Origin: Eledone cirrhosa
Lineage: Eukaryota
Direction of reading: 5' to 3'
DNA: 64,000 nucleotides
Assembly (NCBI GenBank): GCA_964016885.1
Contig: OZ024743.1
Span: 31,744,001 to 31,808,000 of the forward strand
Numbering within the stretch: the first letter of the stretch is position 1; every line of letters begins with the position of its first letter. Position numbers and translations under genes: made by a program. Shown here piece after piece: positions 9,280-23,068 of the stretch. The notes under the pieces were generated by a model. The model was not told the origin of the DNA. It ran no database searches and was given only the letters and a program-made list of their open reading frames with translations.

Positions 9280-12169
9280 TGTGTGTGGGGGGGGGTTGTG
9301 TTTGTATATATACATATATGCGTGTGTGTATATATATATATATGTGGTGTGTGTATGTATGTATGTGTGTGTGTATTTGTAACTGCATTTCTGCTCCATG
9401 AAATTCTATCATGTGGTGAAAAACATCTGTCAATATTTTGTCCAATAATAAAGAACATTCACCAGAAAACATATATGTTTAGAATTACTTTTAAAACTTG
9501 TTGCAACACTGTTTCAGACATACGTTACAATATTAATTAAATCATCAATTTACGTATCACATCAGTATGATGCGTTGAAGTGATGCTAAGCACCTAATTT
9601 GTAATGCAAATGTCGCAATCACTTTAATGTATATTTAATCAGAGTGCTCATTCGAACCTGCTAATAGGTTACACAATAAACCGTACTTGATATAATATTG
9701 ACCATTTATTACTCAACATCTAATATCAACATCGAATAACACTACAGTGATCAAATATTGGTCTCATTACAATTTTAATTATATAATCTTGTTTGTGACA
9801 TGCGTCAACGCTTCAACTACTATATACATCTTTCCGTTTCACCTGGCAGAATTTTAGCCAAATATTACTGATGTATGACCTAGCAAAATTTAATTTAGAA
9901 GGTAATATGAGTTATGGTCAACAAATGTTTCCGTTTCTAATCGTCAGCTTAATCAACCGTCACATTTATAAATTGTACCATTCATTAATTAGAACTACAT
10001 AATTTATTTTCTTTCGCAATTTTGGATAATTAGAGAAACTATATTTATGCTACATTTTTCTCACTTCCAACGCATCTACAATAGTCCAACTGCCATTCAT
10101 CACATTGTATAGTAAATGATTTTTCCTGAAATACAGGCTGGAGAAAATGAACAAAATTGATTCACTAATGAATATTAGTTTGTAAATAATTAGTCAATAA
10201 TGAACAACAGCTGATGCCCCATTCAATATGGTGCATTTGCAATAAATCGTGCTTAGTTTGGCAACATCTTTCCTATCCACCCCTATTCTTCATATTCCCA
10301 TCTTAAAATTCAAACATAAATTGTAATTTCACACGCGCAAATACTTAGTTCGGTTCACAGCTCTTCAATCTATAATATTTAAACTACGAAAAGGTTCGTT
10401 TTAACATTCATAGTACGTTTCAAACAGTGGGGCCTGCGATCCTCAACAGGTGTCTTGATCATGGATGTGTACCACGTCTAAAAATGGAGTCGAATGGCCA
10501 TTATTAAGAAAGGAAGTTTACTGTGTAATTTCAAATAATGTCTTCTATATTGAACTGACTGTCATACTAATTGCGATTTCCTTGTGTTTCTAAGCTGACA
10601 GTTCCCTTTCTGTATGTAATACAGAGAGTCAATCCCATAGATATTTAGGGATTTTTTACACACGCTACATATACTCGGCCATTCCTTGTTTACATTTTTC
10701 TTTCCCGTGTAGGTTTTGTATGATTTTGTAACACTGATGTTCATGAAAGTCTCGCAGTTTCTCGTTTACAGGGCATTCTCAAAATAAATGAGGTGATTGA
10801 TATAAATGCAATTATATTCTAAGTAATATTGGTGAAGATCTGCTAAGTGTAATATTTATTTCCGACATCACAATGGAGTTTTATATGCTTTGAAACTATT
10901 GTACATTACTCAGGCAAACACAATGAGTTAGAGACCCTGTGGTCTTTGGTGTAACTTCTGCTTTTTGCTTCAGTATGGCTGTTGCTTTCATAACAGCATA
11001 TGTTGATCAAGATGTTTTTTTCAGGCGTTACATTTCTTTCGCAAAAGCAAATTAACCCCAACGGAACCATAGTGTGCATGTAAAAATCATATAATAATAT
11101 ATGTAATGTAAATGTCATATAAATCACATCTTAAAGATGTGAGTTATAATCCAATGGATTACATATTTACAGACATTTAGAAATGTTAATTCTTGATTAT
11201 TCATATCACAGCTAGAACAAAGTAAAAATTAAAATATTTAGGCAAGATATGAATATCTTGTATTTTGTAGAAAGGGAGAGTAGTTTACTTGTATTCTTAT
11301 ATCGTAAAAGTTAAATAATTTTCTGGATTAAATAAAATCATATGACATCGTATGACATAAGTTTAGGAAACAACCACAATTCTGCACTAAGCAACCTCAA
11401 TAATGTTACTAGCTAGCTGTTCGATGCACGCTAGATGTTACAAAAATATATGAATCGTGATAGCCTTTTCAACTGAAGGGCTGAAACTGCGGCGAGGAAA
11501 ATCAATGCTGCATTACTTCGCGTAAAATCAATTGAAGAACATCACACTTTCCTGCTGGTTTACACTGATAACTTCTGAATGAAATGACTTATCTACACGT
11601 TTAATGATAGCTTAATGTAATGATTAAAATCATCATGTATATTTTTCATTTTGAAGGATGGAAGCTGCGATGCAATGAATAACAACATATTGATTAGTAT
11701 TTCAGCATTGGATAGAAACGTAATAAATTCTTCATCGACGAAATATCAAAAACTAAAGTGATCTTTTCCAAATTCATTTTAATGGTATCCAATAGTGCCT
11801 TTGGACACAATTTAAAATAAGGTTGTGTGACTTTGTTAGTTTATAATTTGTAGTGTTGGTAATGCAACTTCCTCTCACAATACTATGAAAAGAATGGATA
11901 CAATGCTGATAAAATGATATTAACGTCACAACCGCTGGTGCACCTAGCAATATGTTTCCATCCCTATATATGTAATGATAAAACAGGTCTTCTGAATATG
12001 TAGTCTCTCTTTGATATCAGACCCTCTTAATCTGAGAATTTCTAAACATAAAAAATGTATTTAGATATTTCAGACAATCACATTTTCATATCAGATTGTT
12101 TTTCACCCATGCATATCAGCCTCCTCTTTTCACACCAACGACGTTTTCCAAAAGAAAGGCAGAGGCCTA

Positions 12170-12307
12170 TACAGATTGGTGCCAGTGACGTTGCCACTCA
12201 TTTCTACAGCTTAGTGAACTGGAGCAACGTGGTATAAAGCGTCTTGCTTAAGAACACAAAACCATGCTGATTGTAAGCCCGACGCTCTAACCATTAAGCT
12301 ATGCGCC
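12170..12307 (-). mobile_element. Second tRNA-derived SINE family, decayed copy
   Basis: Reverse complement GGCGCATAGCTTAATGGTTAGAGCG...TTGTGTTCTTAAGCAAGACGC...CACGTTGCTCCAGTTCACT matches 35550-35697. Confidence 0.75.
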
Positions 12308-12329
12308 TTGAGATACACACACCCACACA

Positions 12330-12391
<62 letters not shown>

Positions 12392-12394
12392 GAA

Positions 12395-13438
12395 AGAGAG
12401 TGCGGACGGTATTTGAGGTCAGACTCGAACTATTGCTGCTTTCATAGAATCTTTTGTGCTATGGGTGTGTTCATTGAAATGTTTCTCAACAATGCTCCAT
12501 ACATAGTAGTCCAGTGGATTGAGATCTGGGGAATTAGGAGGCCCAATGTTGGGGGTGATGTGATCATTTAAATTGTCAGCCATCCATTCTTGTGTCAATT
12601 CTGGCTTTCGGTGATGGTGCAGATCTTGTTAAAAGACATAAGACCTTCCATTGCATACACTGTTGATCCAATGCTTAACAACTTTATCCAGAACCTCAAT
12701 ATACGCAGCAGCATTCACCTTAAGGCCTGGTGGAAACAAGTGAGTAGGATCACAACACCAAAAACCATGACACTTGCAGGAACCTTTCTGTGCATTACTC
12801 TTGGAACCTCAGAAGGGTCTGCACATAGCCACCTGTCATTTCTTCTGTTAGTTTTCTGGTCCTGGTCAAAGTCTTTCTCATCTGAGAAGAACCAAATCAC
12901 ATCATCTTCTGATAGATTTTTAAGTTTGTTCAAAAGTCTTTTGGATCTGATTAAATGGTTTTCTTTTGTTTTTTCTGACATGAATTGACCTCTTCTCATC
13001 ATGTAAGTTTTGTATATGATGTCTTCATGCACAACATTTCTGATTGTTTTTTTCTGACACACCAAAGTGTTTTGCAATTGAACTCATTGATTTTCCCGGA
13101 TTGTCATCAATGTTTTGCTTAACTTCCTGAATAAATTCAGGTGTCCTGATAGAATCAGAGCATTTGGAATTTTGTTTACGTTTTGATACAGGTAATACAC
13201 TTCCATCTTCTTTCTCTAACTCACACCAAATCTTGTGGACAAAAGATCTCGCACTTTCAGAAAACGAGAAATTTATAAATCACCATGCTTAGCCTTCAAA
13301 GCCACAATCACATGCCTTTTCATTTCAAGCATAGTTATTATCATCATTGTTATTTTCTGAAATAGAAGTTCAATAAAAATTAGTCAAATAAAATAATGAC
13401 TAAACGTGAATGTGTCCTCAAATACCGTCCACATCGTC

Positions 13439-13440
<2 letters not shown>
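12395..13440 (-). mobile_element. Tc1/mariner (maT/DD37D-like) transposon, non-functional, with terminal inverted repeats
   Basis: TIRs TG(C/T)GGACGGTATTTGAGG and CCTCAAATACCGTCCACA. Peptides WFFSDEKDF, PASVMVFGVV and PPNSPDLNPLDYYVW, with frameshifts and a deletion. Confidence 0.9.
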
Positions 13441-13483
<43 letters not shown>

Positions 13484-13486
<3 letters not shown>

Positions 13487-13568
13487 TATAGAAGAGCCTC
13501 TACGGGACTTCCTGATGATTTCTCACGAATCAAACAGTTCTAGTCCTGTAGAAGCTCTCCTATATTAA
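13484..13568 (+). ncRNA. Degenerate hammerhead-like motif capping a ~30-bp stem
   Basis: TTAATATAGAAGAGCCTCTACGGGACT..CTGATGA..CAAACAGTT..AGTCCTGTAGAAGCTCTCCTATATTAA, with G12 replaced by C. Confidence 0.4.
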
Positions 13569-13930
13569 AACAATTATACTCTGCTATGTATTGAGTACCT
13601 TACTTACTGTGGTTACCTCCCATTCAACCCGGAATAACTTATTTATATATATACATATATATAACAGATTAGAGTTTAAGAAAAGAATCGTTGGTTTCAC
13701 CCTTAATCGGATCTTCTGAAACTGATTTTAGTCTTCACATTTATTATTAATACTATATATATATATATATAATCTGTTGTGTATATATGTATGAATGTAC
13801 TGGAATACATGTATATGTGTATATGCCTCTTTTACACAACGAAGATCCAAAGCTAAGTTTGGGGCTAACACGTATGAAGCTGCTGTATTAATTTCTAATG
13901 GAATGCAATTCATTGCTTCTAATTTCATAT

Positions 13931-13981
<51 letters not shown>

Positions 13982-16656
13982 CATCGTATGATCGTCCCAC
14001 ACTATTAAACAGATCATCAAACATGTTTGATGTATTGTATATTTAAGTACTAAATCAATATATTTTTCCATTTGCCGTGTTTGTTATACATTTTATTGGC
14101 ATGTGATCATAGAAGCTTGTCAATAGTTTTGGTGTAGAAATTTAATTACTTTTAAAAATATCTTTCTATATTCTTCCTCTTGCAATTCTTACGAACGTTT
14201 CCCCACATCAAAACGACTCTCTACAGTATCCAATCATTGACGTAAAAACGTGTATGGTTTTTAATGAAATCAATGACGGAAGCTGAAATTTGCTGGAAGA
14301 CATGAAACATTCATGAGATAGATGTTTTACCTCTTTGTTTTATAACAATACTCCTACGATTCGCTAGTACAAAGGTATTTTCGTTGCATTATTACTATTC
14401 CATTTGATTTTAGTTATTATCCCTCCCTGTTCAGCTTCGCCTTGTTTTTCATAACTCTATGTGTCATCCATTTTTATTTGCAATTAACTGTATCCTCACT
14501 GTAACGTAATAATGTCCTATTGTTTGCAAATACAATCGGACTGCTTTGCATTTAGTCGTGGATCCTTTGTATTACACGCCACAAATCCAGGTCTAATACA
14601 TTGAAATGTATTATCTAAATATTTATTTTTAGAAATAATTTTCACAAGACGATTTAAGCCTTGTTTCGCAAAATACTGGAATGTTATTACGCACTTCGGT
14701 AATATTGGTATCTTTCAGCTATTGAATATTTAAATATACTGTCATCGTGCACATATAATATGAGCACAATAATACACATCAGTTAATGCAACATCAGTTA
14801 ATGCATTCTTTGTCATCCAGTTCCAGCCTATTCATAAGAATTTACTCACTAATGAAATTAGGTATCTCTTGATGTTGATTAGAATTTGCAGCCTCAACTA
14901 GTCACTAGTTCCGGTGCTTCTGTAATAAGAGCAGCAACAAAGCTATTTGAAAGTGCAGAAATAATTTCAGAGGAGTTATCCAAATCATCACCCGGGAACA
15001 AAGATGCGATTTCAGAGCCCCAATGAAGTAACTGATTAACGGAAAAAGCTTGGATTAAGTGACATCAACCTCGAAATATATAAAAGTTTTATCGGTACAT
15101 ACTATGAGAACTTCGAGATGTGTTGGAAATAGAAACAGCAATACTTTAGCAATAGTACAGCACTGCGATATAACTACAATCAGCTACGCTAAAAATATAA
15201 AAAGACTAAGCAATCAATGTTTATATGAAAATGACTTCACTGTTCCATCAGACGCAAGCGAACGGGAATACCTGTACAGTCAAACTAGAGACAATATTAT
15301 GAATTCATTTTGTTAAGTTAAAGCAATTAATATAATTTTCCTTGGGGATAAAACGGTTTCATATTGAGACGCCATATACTGTTATAATTAAGCATAATAT
15401 CTACCAAATGTCTCATAAGTTGGCGGTGATAATTAGAGAGTTTTCGTAGTTGGAACTGCGTAAGCGATCAATATAATTTGCCACTGAGGTATACTCTACG
15501 CAGTCATTAGATTTCGTTAGACACTTCAACTAAAATATTCTTTAAAATGTTGCAAGTTGTGACAATGTGTTAAAAGGTTAGTGAAACAGAAGTGATAATT
15601 TCCTTCAACTCGGTCATACAAAGAAGTGATCTGTGAATGTCTGTACACTAATAGTTGGCAAAATGGCGTAAGAATTAGAATGCAATGTATTGTACAGAAA
15701 GTCGTGGCTAAATTGGGCAAATAAAATGCATTGATGTGTTAACACATGCCAAATTGATCTAATCAAATTATTGAAGCAAAGTGTTTTATCATGCTGATTA
15801 CACGATAATCTTGTCTGTTGTGGTAGAATGTATGTTCCAATGTTATATACAATAAGCCTTTAATAAATTGAGAAATCGCTACTTACGAATAGAATGATAA
15901 TTCAAATAGGATTTCTTTAAATGAGAGACTGTAAAAGATGAAAGTTTCTCTCGCTAGTTTCACCTCAATGGTAACATCTATGAGATTATGCGCCAAGCAC
16001 CAGAAGTATATAACAAATTTATAATATAATAAATTTATATCATGCGGTATTGACGCAACCGAACTACAGAAATGTGCATGTAAATTTAGATACTTAGATA
16101 TGCCAAACATGTGAAATAAGTTTATTTTCCAGTAAATTAAAACAAATGATGTTTAGAATTGACTTTCGAAACTTTTTGGTCCTTTAAGGTTTAGTTTCAT
16201 TTCACAGGGAAATATGTAAATGTGGCAGGTTACACAATGCGTAGATTCATATACACGTTTATGGTGTTTCAGATGCCTGTAGAAGTTCGTTCCCTCAAGC
16301 ATCACCATGGGCATAGGTTAAAAGCAGTAATGAACTATAACTACATACTCTGAACGTTAGTAGTTTAAAAACACCTAGCAAAATGAACACGTGATTGGTT
16401 ATTAGGTATGTAATAACTATGTATTTCCTTACGTCACTAAAATAATGTCAAACATAATTTCGTTTCGTTAAAATATATCAGTTGATACTTTTTTACTTCC
16501 AAGCTGCATAACTCTTACTCCTTCTCTCTACACAAGGAAAATGAACGGAAATACGAATCATAAAGAAATTCTATGACAAGCCAGCAAACTACAACAGATG
16601 TTTTATTATGTTTCATTATCATACGACTACTACGACGACAGCGACAAGGAATATTA

Positions 16657-17053
<397 letters not shown>

Positions 17054-17056
17054 GAT

Positions 17057-17835
17057 TTTTTTATTAACCACAAGGGTTTACATAAAGTAGACATTAAGGA
17101 CAGTGCAGGACAATACAGAACGGTACAAATGGGCATTTCTGCGTGTAAAAAACAGAGGATGTAATAAAAATAACAATAAAAAATTCCCCAATAGGTGGGA
17201 GACTTCCGAGAGACATTTGTGGAGAAAGCCCATTAAAAGACCACAGTGACCCTGACCACCAGGGCAAGTGCCCTCTGCCAGTTTTCCACCTTTAATTTAC
17301 AGACACATACTCAGAGTAGGCCCATTCACTCGGGCCATACTTGCTTCTCTCACCCATCTTTCAACAAAAAGCTGGGAAGAGAGCACTTCCTTCTCTATCC
17401 TGATTTTCCTTTTCAAATGAAATTTGAAAAAGTTAATCAGGGCATCACCGAAGAGGTAAGTGCTCGTCTTCAGCCCTTTCAAACGTGTCCACCATTCTAT
17501 CTATTTCGCCATGGCCACCAGACAGATAAAAACTGCCTGCCCTTCGCGACTAAAGGAAGAGGGCGGGGCAATCCTCACGATGGACTTAGCTGATAGCCGG
17601 AACCGTCCTACACGTGACTGCAGGATCGACATAAACCCACATATCAGCAATGCTCGGACACTGGACGACTGCGTGTAGGACGGTTTCGTCGCCCTGTGCG
17701 CATCTCGGACATGCCCGACTGACGGCACCTCCATGCCTGTAGAGTTTATCCCGAACTGGCAAAGCTCCTCGGTAGCACTGCCAGGCCAGGGATTTCTGGA
17801 AGTTGTCTATAGGCCCCGGCGCGAAAGTCCTTCCG
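17057..17835 (-). mobile_element. Tx1/L1-type LINE 3' fragment (zf-RVT region and 3' UTR)
   Basis: Minus strand reads SLAWQCYRGALPVRDKLYRHGGAVSRACPRCAQGDETVLHAVVQC (CCHC). The ORF ends at 17297 and the element terminates at the microsatellite. Confidence 0.82.
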
Positions 17836-18099
17836 AAGAGATAGGCTAGTTGATTTTGGTCGAAGCCTAGAGTTTCTCCAAGTATGTTCTTCAGATAGTC
17901 AACAGACGTTTTATATAATCAAGGATTTACCGACCATAACTATACTTCTGCATCATCCTTTTCCAGACTTACTTTTGATGTATCAAACAGAACTATTGTA
18001 GCACAATTAGAACAAAAACCGAATCAGAAATGGGTAGCTTTATACTTTATTCTCTCGTAAACCTTCTACCGGGAAGAAGAACGACAATACTTTTGTCCG

Positions 18100-19110
18100 T
18101 GAAACACTATCAGCACACAGTGCCATTAAACATTTCAGGCATTTCCTTGAAAAGTCGACATTTCACTCTTTTCACTGATCATAAACCAGCACTGCAACAA
18201 CAACAACAACACTGCACAGCGAACGTGAGAAGTCTCCAATACAAACAATACATTTGTCATTCACTGCTGAATTCAACATGTTAAATCCAGATTCAACATT
18301 GTAGCAAGCACACTTTCACATGTAGAATCCATACATTTTAGATGTATTGATAAATCAAGAAGCTAATGTGAATTGTATATGTCAACAGCCCCTTCCTTCA
18401 ATAAAATTCGAACAGCTAGCCACAGATCATATAGAAGGAATTGATGTTTATGTGAATGACATCAATCAAAGGATAGAAATCGACTTATAATATATCTTTA
18501 AAGAGTGCGTCAGGATACTCACGCTGAAACATGTGCCTCGTCAATTATCCATCGTTCGATATCTTGTATTGTTGTTCCAGAAGATATGACATCAGATAGA
18601 AGTCGACAATTTGCATCAACAGTTTGGTCAGTACTCCATAATCACCTTGGCCTCTATAGACACGCCACTACAAGCTATTATCCGCAGGCAAAGGAAATGA
18701 TAGAAAGCTCCCCAGCCCGGTCCAACTGAAAGCAGCAATCAAAGACGGTACTAAAAATGACAATTTGTATAATGAACCACCAGCAGGAGATTTGAACCTG
18801 GTTGCTCGCCAGCTGAACTAGTTTATGGTTTATCACTTAGGTCCCCTGGAGAAATCGTCTCACTTTGAAACAGTTGAAAAAGTCAATGCACTCTTTACAA
18901 TCAACTAAGACTCAGTTTCATCGCAACGCATCTTCTTATGTTCCAAAACAACCTTGCATCATCAGGTTCTGTGTATGTAAGCATGGCGCACACTGGCACC
19001 AACTTCAAAGATCATATGATAGACCGTTTAACATTCTTAGAAAGATTGAGAAGTGCTTTTCACTAGACATGAACGGAAAACCAGAAAAGGCTTCATAGAA
19101 TCTACAAAAG
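18100..19110 (+). mobile_element. Gypsy/Ty3 pol relic (RNase H, integrase, GPY/F)
   Basis: RHFTLFTDHKP; VPEDMTSDRSRQFAS..TTSYYPQAKEMIE; LQRSYDRPF. Confidence 0.85.
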
Positions 19111-19785
19111 ATTTCTGACATTTAAGAGCAGAATATATCGTTATTCAAAACACAACTCTGGAACACAAATTCCGAAAATCATCCACCTTGATGTACCCGG
19201 AAAACCCTCATCCCGTTTCACATACAGTATCACAGCATTGTCGATATCTATGTGAATATAAGTAAATTACCACTAGGTTTCACTGAAAGTCTAATCTGTT
19301 TAAACCGAATATTTATCCTGGTAGCAATGAGACATGGTTTTCAAAAACATGTTTTATTTTAAGTGCACGGTAAATTAGAACACATATATTCACACATACA
19401 TAGACATGCAAACATGTTTGTGGGTTTATGTTTAGATGCCTAGGTGCATTTTTCTGTGTGTATGTACACATCCTTTCAAAACTACACTTAAAACATATCT
19501 AGAGCCATAGGTATGATAAACGACTGTAACAAATGAACTGTTCACCTGCACACATATCAAGATAAGTTAAAAGGTTCAGGATATATATGATAGAGTGGTC
19601 AGCAGATTGTTCCTCAACTTAACGATTTGCAAAGCAAGCCTTTTCAATAATGATTAGATTGGTCGATAAATTCTCTATTAGCATAAATACCGTTACATAC
19701 ACGCTAATACTATAGAAGAAAGTAAAAAAGGACTCAATAATTTCGTTACACTGACTTTCCAATGCATTATGGCATGTGTTGAATA

Positions 19786-20023
19786 AATAGGCAAGCCTGT
19801 TTAAGTATAGTATGATACCAAAACACGAAAATCTGAGTAACAGATTGATCTAAGCTGGAATTATAGCAATATATATATCACACACTATCGGAACTCTCTC
19901 CCTAACCTATTTATCCTGAAGAAGGTCTTATGCCCGAAACGTCCCCCCCCCCCACTCTTCAAGAACGTGAAACTAATAAACCTTTATTTGTCTGCCTCTC
20001 TGTTTTGTTCCGGTCTAAATTTG

Positions 20024-20090
<67 letters not shown>

Positions 20091-20471
20091 CAACAATATA
20101 TATATATATATAGGAAAATAAAATTAATGTAAGCAAAATGCCAACAATAATTCAGGCATATAAGTGACTATACCATCAAGATGAACAAATGTTTAATGTA
20201 AGATGAGGGAAAAAGTAATACAATCTTAATTCAAAACAAATCAAGAAGAAAAACTGTCATCAAACTTTGTGTAAGTTGGAGAAAAAAGCAATACAATCTT
20301 AATTCAAAATAAAATCAAGAAGTAATACTTAACCGTCAATTTGGGGAAAACTACAAATGCACTATATAGACTTTTCAGTAGGGTTATTCACGGTTGGAAT
20401 GTGATATTTAGTAGTGCTCATCATTAACTAAATAACCCTGCTAAAAAACCGCAGGAAAAAAAAAATCCATA

Positions 20472-20502
<31 letters not shown>

Positions 20503-20604
20503 CAACAGTATATATATATATTGTTATAATTCCCGCTTAGATCAATCTGTCGTTAATAGCTTTGTGTTTTGGTCCCCAGACTATACTTAAACATGCTTGC
20601 CTAT
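19786..20604. repeat. Diverged inverted repeat (19786-19878 / 20515-20604) next to hammerhead cores
   Basis: ATAGGCAAGC.TGTTTAAGTATAGT...ACAGATTGATCTAAGC.GGAATTATA pairs with its reverse complement. Confidence 0.75.
19912..19945 (+). ncRNA. Minimal PLE-type hammerhead core
   Basis: CTGAAGA-A-GGTC-TTAT-GCCC-GAAACGTC. The 3' strand of stem I is replaced by poly-C. Confidence 0.5.
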
Positions 20605-20620
20605 GTTGAATAATGAACTC

Positions 20621-20654
20621 CACTGATGAAGGGTAATACCCAGAAACATTAGTG
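20621..20654 (+). ncRNA. Minimal PLE-type hammerhead core
   Basis: CA-CTGATGA-AGGGTAATACCCA-GAAACATTAGTG. Confidence 0.55.
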
Positions 20655-20939
20655 TCTGCAGTTCTCTTTCCATGCCAACACAAGAGCAAGAATGAAGGGT
20701 TCATTCTACTGACATGGCTTTAAAAAGAGGATATTTGCATAATTGCAAACGAATCGAATATTATTATTAATATTCGAAAAACTCAGATTACATTACTGTA
20801 TTCAGCCATGTAGAGCGATATGTTTTTAATTATATGTATGTGTGTGTGTGTTTGTGTGTGCGTGTATGTGTATGTATATATATATATATATATATATATA
20901 AATTTCAGTGTTAGACGTATCAACGACGATGTATGACAT

Positions 20940-21320
20940 ATGAAAGATAGTTTAATATGTTGGGCATATAAACTTCTTATCGCTCAATGGTTTTATGGAG
21001 CTTCACCGTTCAATGCGATAGAATGATTGAGGCAAGACCAGACATATGGTGAACAAGAAGAAAATAGAGGTGCAAATTATTGATATATCTGTCCGAGAAG
21101 AACGTAGAATAATGGGTAAAGAGTATGAAGTATGAGCTGAAAGAGGTGTTTGGAAAGTTGTAGAGTATAGTGATTCCACTGGTGATCGGGGCATTGGGAT
21201 GCAAAGCGTACAGTTTTGAGGACTGTATATATAGAATGGGAATTGGTGGTAGGTTACAGGTCATGTAGAAAACCTTCTTGGTACAGCAACGATTCTAAGG
21301 TAAGTCTTGTCTATGTAAGA
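20940..21320 (+). mobile_element. R4/Dong-like LINE 3' relic (restriction-like endonuclease)
   Basis: RPDI..IIDISV..VIPLVIGALG..LLGTATILR in broken frames. Confidence 0.75.
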
Positions 21321-22788
21321 TACAAAAGACAATAACAGTGAAGGATATTTGTCTACTTGTGGACTGCTCCCCGTCTGAAATATCCAGTTCTTTTAATATC
21401 TAAGAGTCTGAGATTTACAAAAATTAAACATAATTTATAATGAGAAGAGGAATGAAGATCATCATCTTCAAGTGTAAGGTATCATTATTGATGACCCGAG
21501 GAGGCGGAATTGGATGCAATCAAATGCGAGATAGTAAATATAGACTAAGCAATGGAAACAAATGCCATTTTATCAGACTGTTATTGCATTGGCCAAGGAA
21601 GAAATCACACAGTTGTTTGGTGATAATTTATACAAACTGGTCAGTTTATAAACCCTATTAAATCAAAGAAGACATGATCTGGTACACTAACTGTAATGAA
21701 CATGAATAAGTGTTAATATTCTCTTTCAATATGCTTGCTTAAATACATAAACAAAAAAGGTCATCCAGCGTTATTGTCGTAAGTGGCGTTTTAAACATGT
21801 GTCTATCTATCGACATTCAAACTCCTCTTAAACAACTCATATGCTACGAAATCCTCTGCTACATCTAATTAGATATAGTTCAACTCTATTCTAACCAAAC
21901 ATGGCATTAAATTAGATTTATCGACTCTTCTTTAAGAAAATTCGCTGTCCCTTCTAATAACAGATTCATGTTTATGATTCCTCCTTAACTTTACAAGTGA
22001 CAGAAGCACGCAAACTGAACTCCGTGTGTCAGAGATGATAATAAATGGTTACATGAGGACATGGTTTTCCTCAATATTATGTGATATTAAGTTAACAAAT
22101 ACAAAAGACACTTTCTAGTTAAATATCCGTCTTATCTGAACATTTATATGGGTGCGCGAATTTATACCATTTGTTAATTTCAAAATGTATTTTTCCTTGT
22201 TTTCTTAAAATATTCACTTTCACTTTCAGAAAGGAAAATAATACAGACTTGGTCAGTTGCAGACATTTTATAAAACAAAGAGTGACCCACATTGCTAAAA
22301 TACCTACGTATAGCTGCTAAACATATTAACGCCTTAGTGCACCTTCATCCATAAATACCTCTTTGTCTAGTATTCAAATTCTAGGCACGAAACAAATATA
22401 GTATGTGTTTGTGTTCTTGTCTGTGTGTTTGTGGAGTGTCCGAATTTTACTTGTGCTAAACTTTAGCATATCCCAAGAAAGACCTATGACGAATATTATT
22501 CATGTTAATATATAGATTAGGGGTGACTTGACAATCTAACACATTGCTTTTGATACAGCTCGAGTATTATTTAAAACATAGTTTTGAAGCTCTAGGGACG
22601 AAATAAACCTACACCCAAAGAGAGAAATGCACTGATGCAAAGAGAGTAAGAGAAAAAAAAAGGATTGGACAAATATATGTGTATCTTTGGCTGTTTATAA
22701 ATTTACGATTTTTTTAGGGTAAGGAAATAGTGTGTTGATTAATAAATGGATAGATACATAATTACATATACATAAATATATAAATATA

Positions 22789-23068
22789 CTTATAAAGTTG
22801 CAGACAAAACCTAATCCCTAGCACAGGCAACTGTCAGTACATTAAGATATTAGCGACTTATATGTTTTAGCGGCAATACCAGGGGACGCTTTCTAAATCA
22901 GATTCAGAGGTTATACTATTCACTTATTGATGACCTATTCCAAATAAATTAGGTGAACAGTTCCTAATAAGTTGACTCCAAGGTCGAATTTATCTTACAT
23001 TTCCTTAGAAGACTTATTTCAATGGCAATCATGTGCATATATATTCATATTTGTATAAATATGAGTGT
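22789..23068 (+). repeat. ~280-bp dispersed direct duplication, copy 1
   Basis: Nearly identical to 26186-26467. Confidence 0.93.

Noticed and set aside
9920-9955. Minus-strand CTGACGA..GAAAC-ATTT-GTT
   Set aside because: No stem I or stem II pairing, so likely chance.
13688-13725. Minus-strand CAGAAGA-TCCGATTAAGGGT-GAAAC resembling the 38517 hammerhead
   Set aside because: The core is mutated and there is no stem I or cleavage triplet. At most a decayed relic.
13990-16560. Repeat-poor stretch that might hold host exons
   Set aside because: Only short ORFs with no recognisable motif. Exons cannot be supported or excluded without RNA-seq or homology search.
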